Below, in pieces: positions 63,020 through 64,000 of a stretch of 64,000 bases of DNA (position 1 is the stretch's first letter; every line of letters begins with the position of its first letter). This DNA is from a virus (Duplodnaviria > Caudoviricetes), in the IMG/VR virus record IMGVR_UViG_2825563536_000001, positions 1 to 64,000 of that record; one strand, given 5' to 3'. The translations under genes were made by a program, and so were the position numbers. Below the pieces are notes generated by a model. The model was not told where the DNA came from, ran no database searches, and was given only the letters and a program-made list of their open reading frames with translations.

Positions 63020-63388
63020 CTAGTACCAGCGCCAGACGCTCGGCGCGTCGCCGTACTGCGGCAGCACGTCGACGAACTTCGCGGCGACGAGGCCGTCCGG
63101 GCGGGCCTCGATCGCGCATCCGGTCGACAGAGTCGCCACGAAGTGCAGGAACTCGACGTCCAGCGCGTCGGCCTGGTCCGCCGCGAGCGCCGCGACGAAC
63201 ACCGGCACGTCGGAGGCGTGTTCGGCGACGAGCAGCAGGCAGTTCTGCCCGTCCTCGCGGATGCCGGTCTCGACGGCGAGCCGGGCGTCCCGCATCGACC
63301 GCGACATCGCGAGGGCGGTGTCGGCGGCGTCGGCGGCCGCCTCGAGGGCCGAGGTGGCGATGTGGAGGCTGTAGGTCATGTGGTGCAC
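63020..63388 (-). CDS. Cassette gene, hypothetical
   Basis: Family promoter 63432-63460, terminator 62978-63011. Confidence 0.65.
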   Translation of the reverse strand: MHHMTYSLHIATSALEAAADAADTALAMSRSMRDARLAVETGIREDGQNCLLLVAEHASDVPVFVAALAADQADALDVEFLHFVATLSTGCAIEARPDGLVAAKFVDVLPQYGDAPSVWRWY

Positions 63389-63666
63389 CTTCGTTCGAAG
63401 TGTGTCGAAGCCGGTCGGCCTGACGAGATGAACATTACGTCATATCCGACCCCTTGACAAATCACCTGACCAGGGGTTGCAACCGACCCCTTTAGGGTGG
63501 CGCCGCCCGCCGGTAGCGCGGCCCGTTTCGATGCGCCAACAAGGGGCAGAATCAGACCCCAGCCTCGCGGTTTGTCAAGGGGTCGTTTCCTGCGTATCGT
63601 TCACTCGGTCAGGCCGGGCCGCAGGTGTCGGCCGCCGGCAACCGAGACCCCACCACGGAGGAAGTC

Positions 63667-63933
63667 ATGCACGAAGGAACCCGCCCGACCCCGGCCGAGT
63701 TCGAGGCCACCAACTCGCGGGGCCTGTTCGCGAACCTCGACCGCGCGACGTCGACGAAGTGCGCTTACGAGGCGTCCGGGTACACCGCCCGCGCTCGCGT
63801 CGTCGGCGCCGAGATCGAGGTGAAGGTCACCGACGGCGAGGGCAATCAGCTCATGCACGTGCTGTGGCCCTATCGGGGGCAGCCGTACGCCTACGCCCGC
63901 ACGCTCGACGCGATGCTTCGGCACTGGGCCTGA
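63667..63933 (+). CDS. Cassette gene, hypothetical
   Basis: Family promoter 63572-63600, GGAGG RBS. Confidence 0.65.
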   Translation: MHEGTRPTPAEFEATNSRGLFANLDRATSTKCAYEASGYTARARVVGAEIEVKVTDGEGNQLMHVLWPYRGQPYAYARTLDAMLRHWA

Positions 63934-64000
63934 CGGTCGACCGGCAAGGCGCGCGCCTGGATTGCACCGAAACAAGGGGTAGAAACTGACCCCACGCTGC

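Larger units (their letters stand above)
54528..63600. promoter_or_regulatory. Family of repeated SigA promoter/operator/stem-loop elements (13 copies here, 2 more at 39293 and 45482)
   Basis: TTG(TCA/CAC/TCT)-N17/18-TA(A/T/C)NGT with a GGGGTC-like spacer and GTCAGGCCGACC leader. Confidence 0.85.

Noticed and set aside
55700-63933. Right-arm cassettes as a true integron
   Set aside because: No attC-like GTTRRRY sites or IntI-type integrase; cassettes carry their own promoters and occur in both orientations

Overview
The window is a continuous ~64-kb piece of a high-GC temperate actinobacteriophage; a Mycobacteriales host (Rhodococcus/Gordonia/Tsukamurella-like) is inferred from WhiB, class Ib NrdF/NrdH, a cutinase-like hydrolase and a GSLGS-repeat protein. 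No host chromosomal genes are visible. Left to right: (1) packaging genes on the minus strand (portal, frameshifted and cut by the window edge; large and small terminase); (2) a secreted S1 protease, two tail/receptor-binding genes and nine tRNAs interleaved with three non-canonical tRNA-like or structured RNAs; (3) a three-gene rightward moron and a candidate anti-SD sRNA; (4) a ParB / TET-JBP dioxygenase / glycosyltransferase DNA-hypermodification module; (5) nucleotide, RNA-repair and replication genes (ThyX, WhiBs, phosphoesterases, RusA, RtcB, NrdF, NrdH, two cyclic-phosphate receiver domains, UvrD helicase, two C5 methyltransferases, SSB, ArdA, Rep with iterons, RecT/RecE-like); (6) an immunity/integration block (XRE repressor, ImmA-like protein lacking the catalytic Glu, tyrosine integrase, HicAB-like pair); (7) a right arm of single-gene cassettes that each carry a copy of one conserved promoter/operator/stem-loop element. 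Most notable observations: an internally deleted 'mini' P22-type capsid protein in the early region, a ~205-nt pseudoknotted RNA inside the tRNA array, the 15-member promoter-cassette family, a phased GTGCGGC array, and an RHH-controlled secreted GSLGS-repeat protein with operators at an exact 36-bp period. All protein calls are from motif recognition by eye; no database searches were run.
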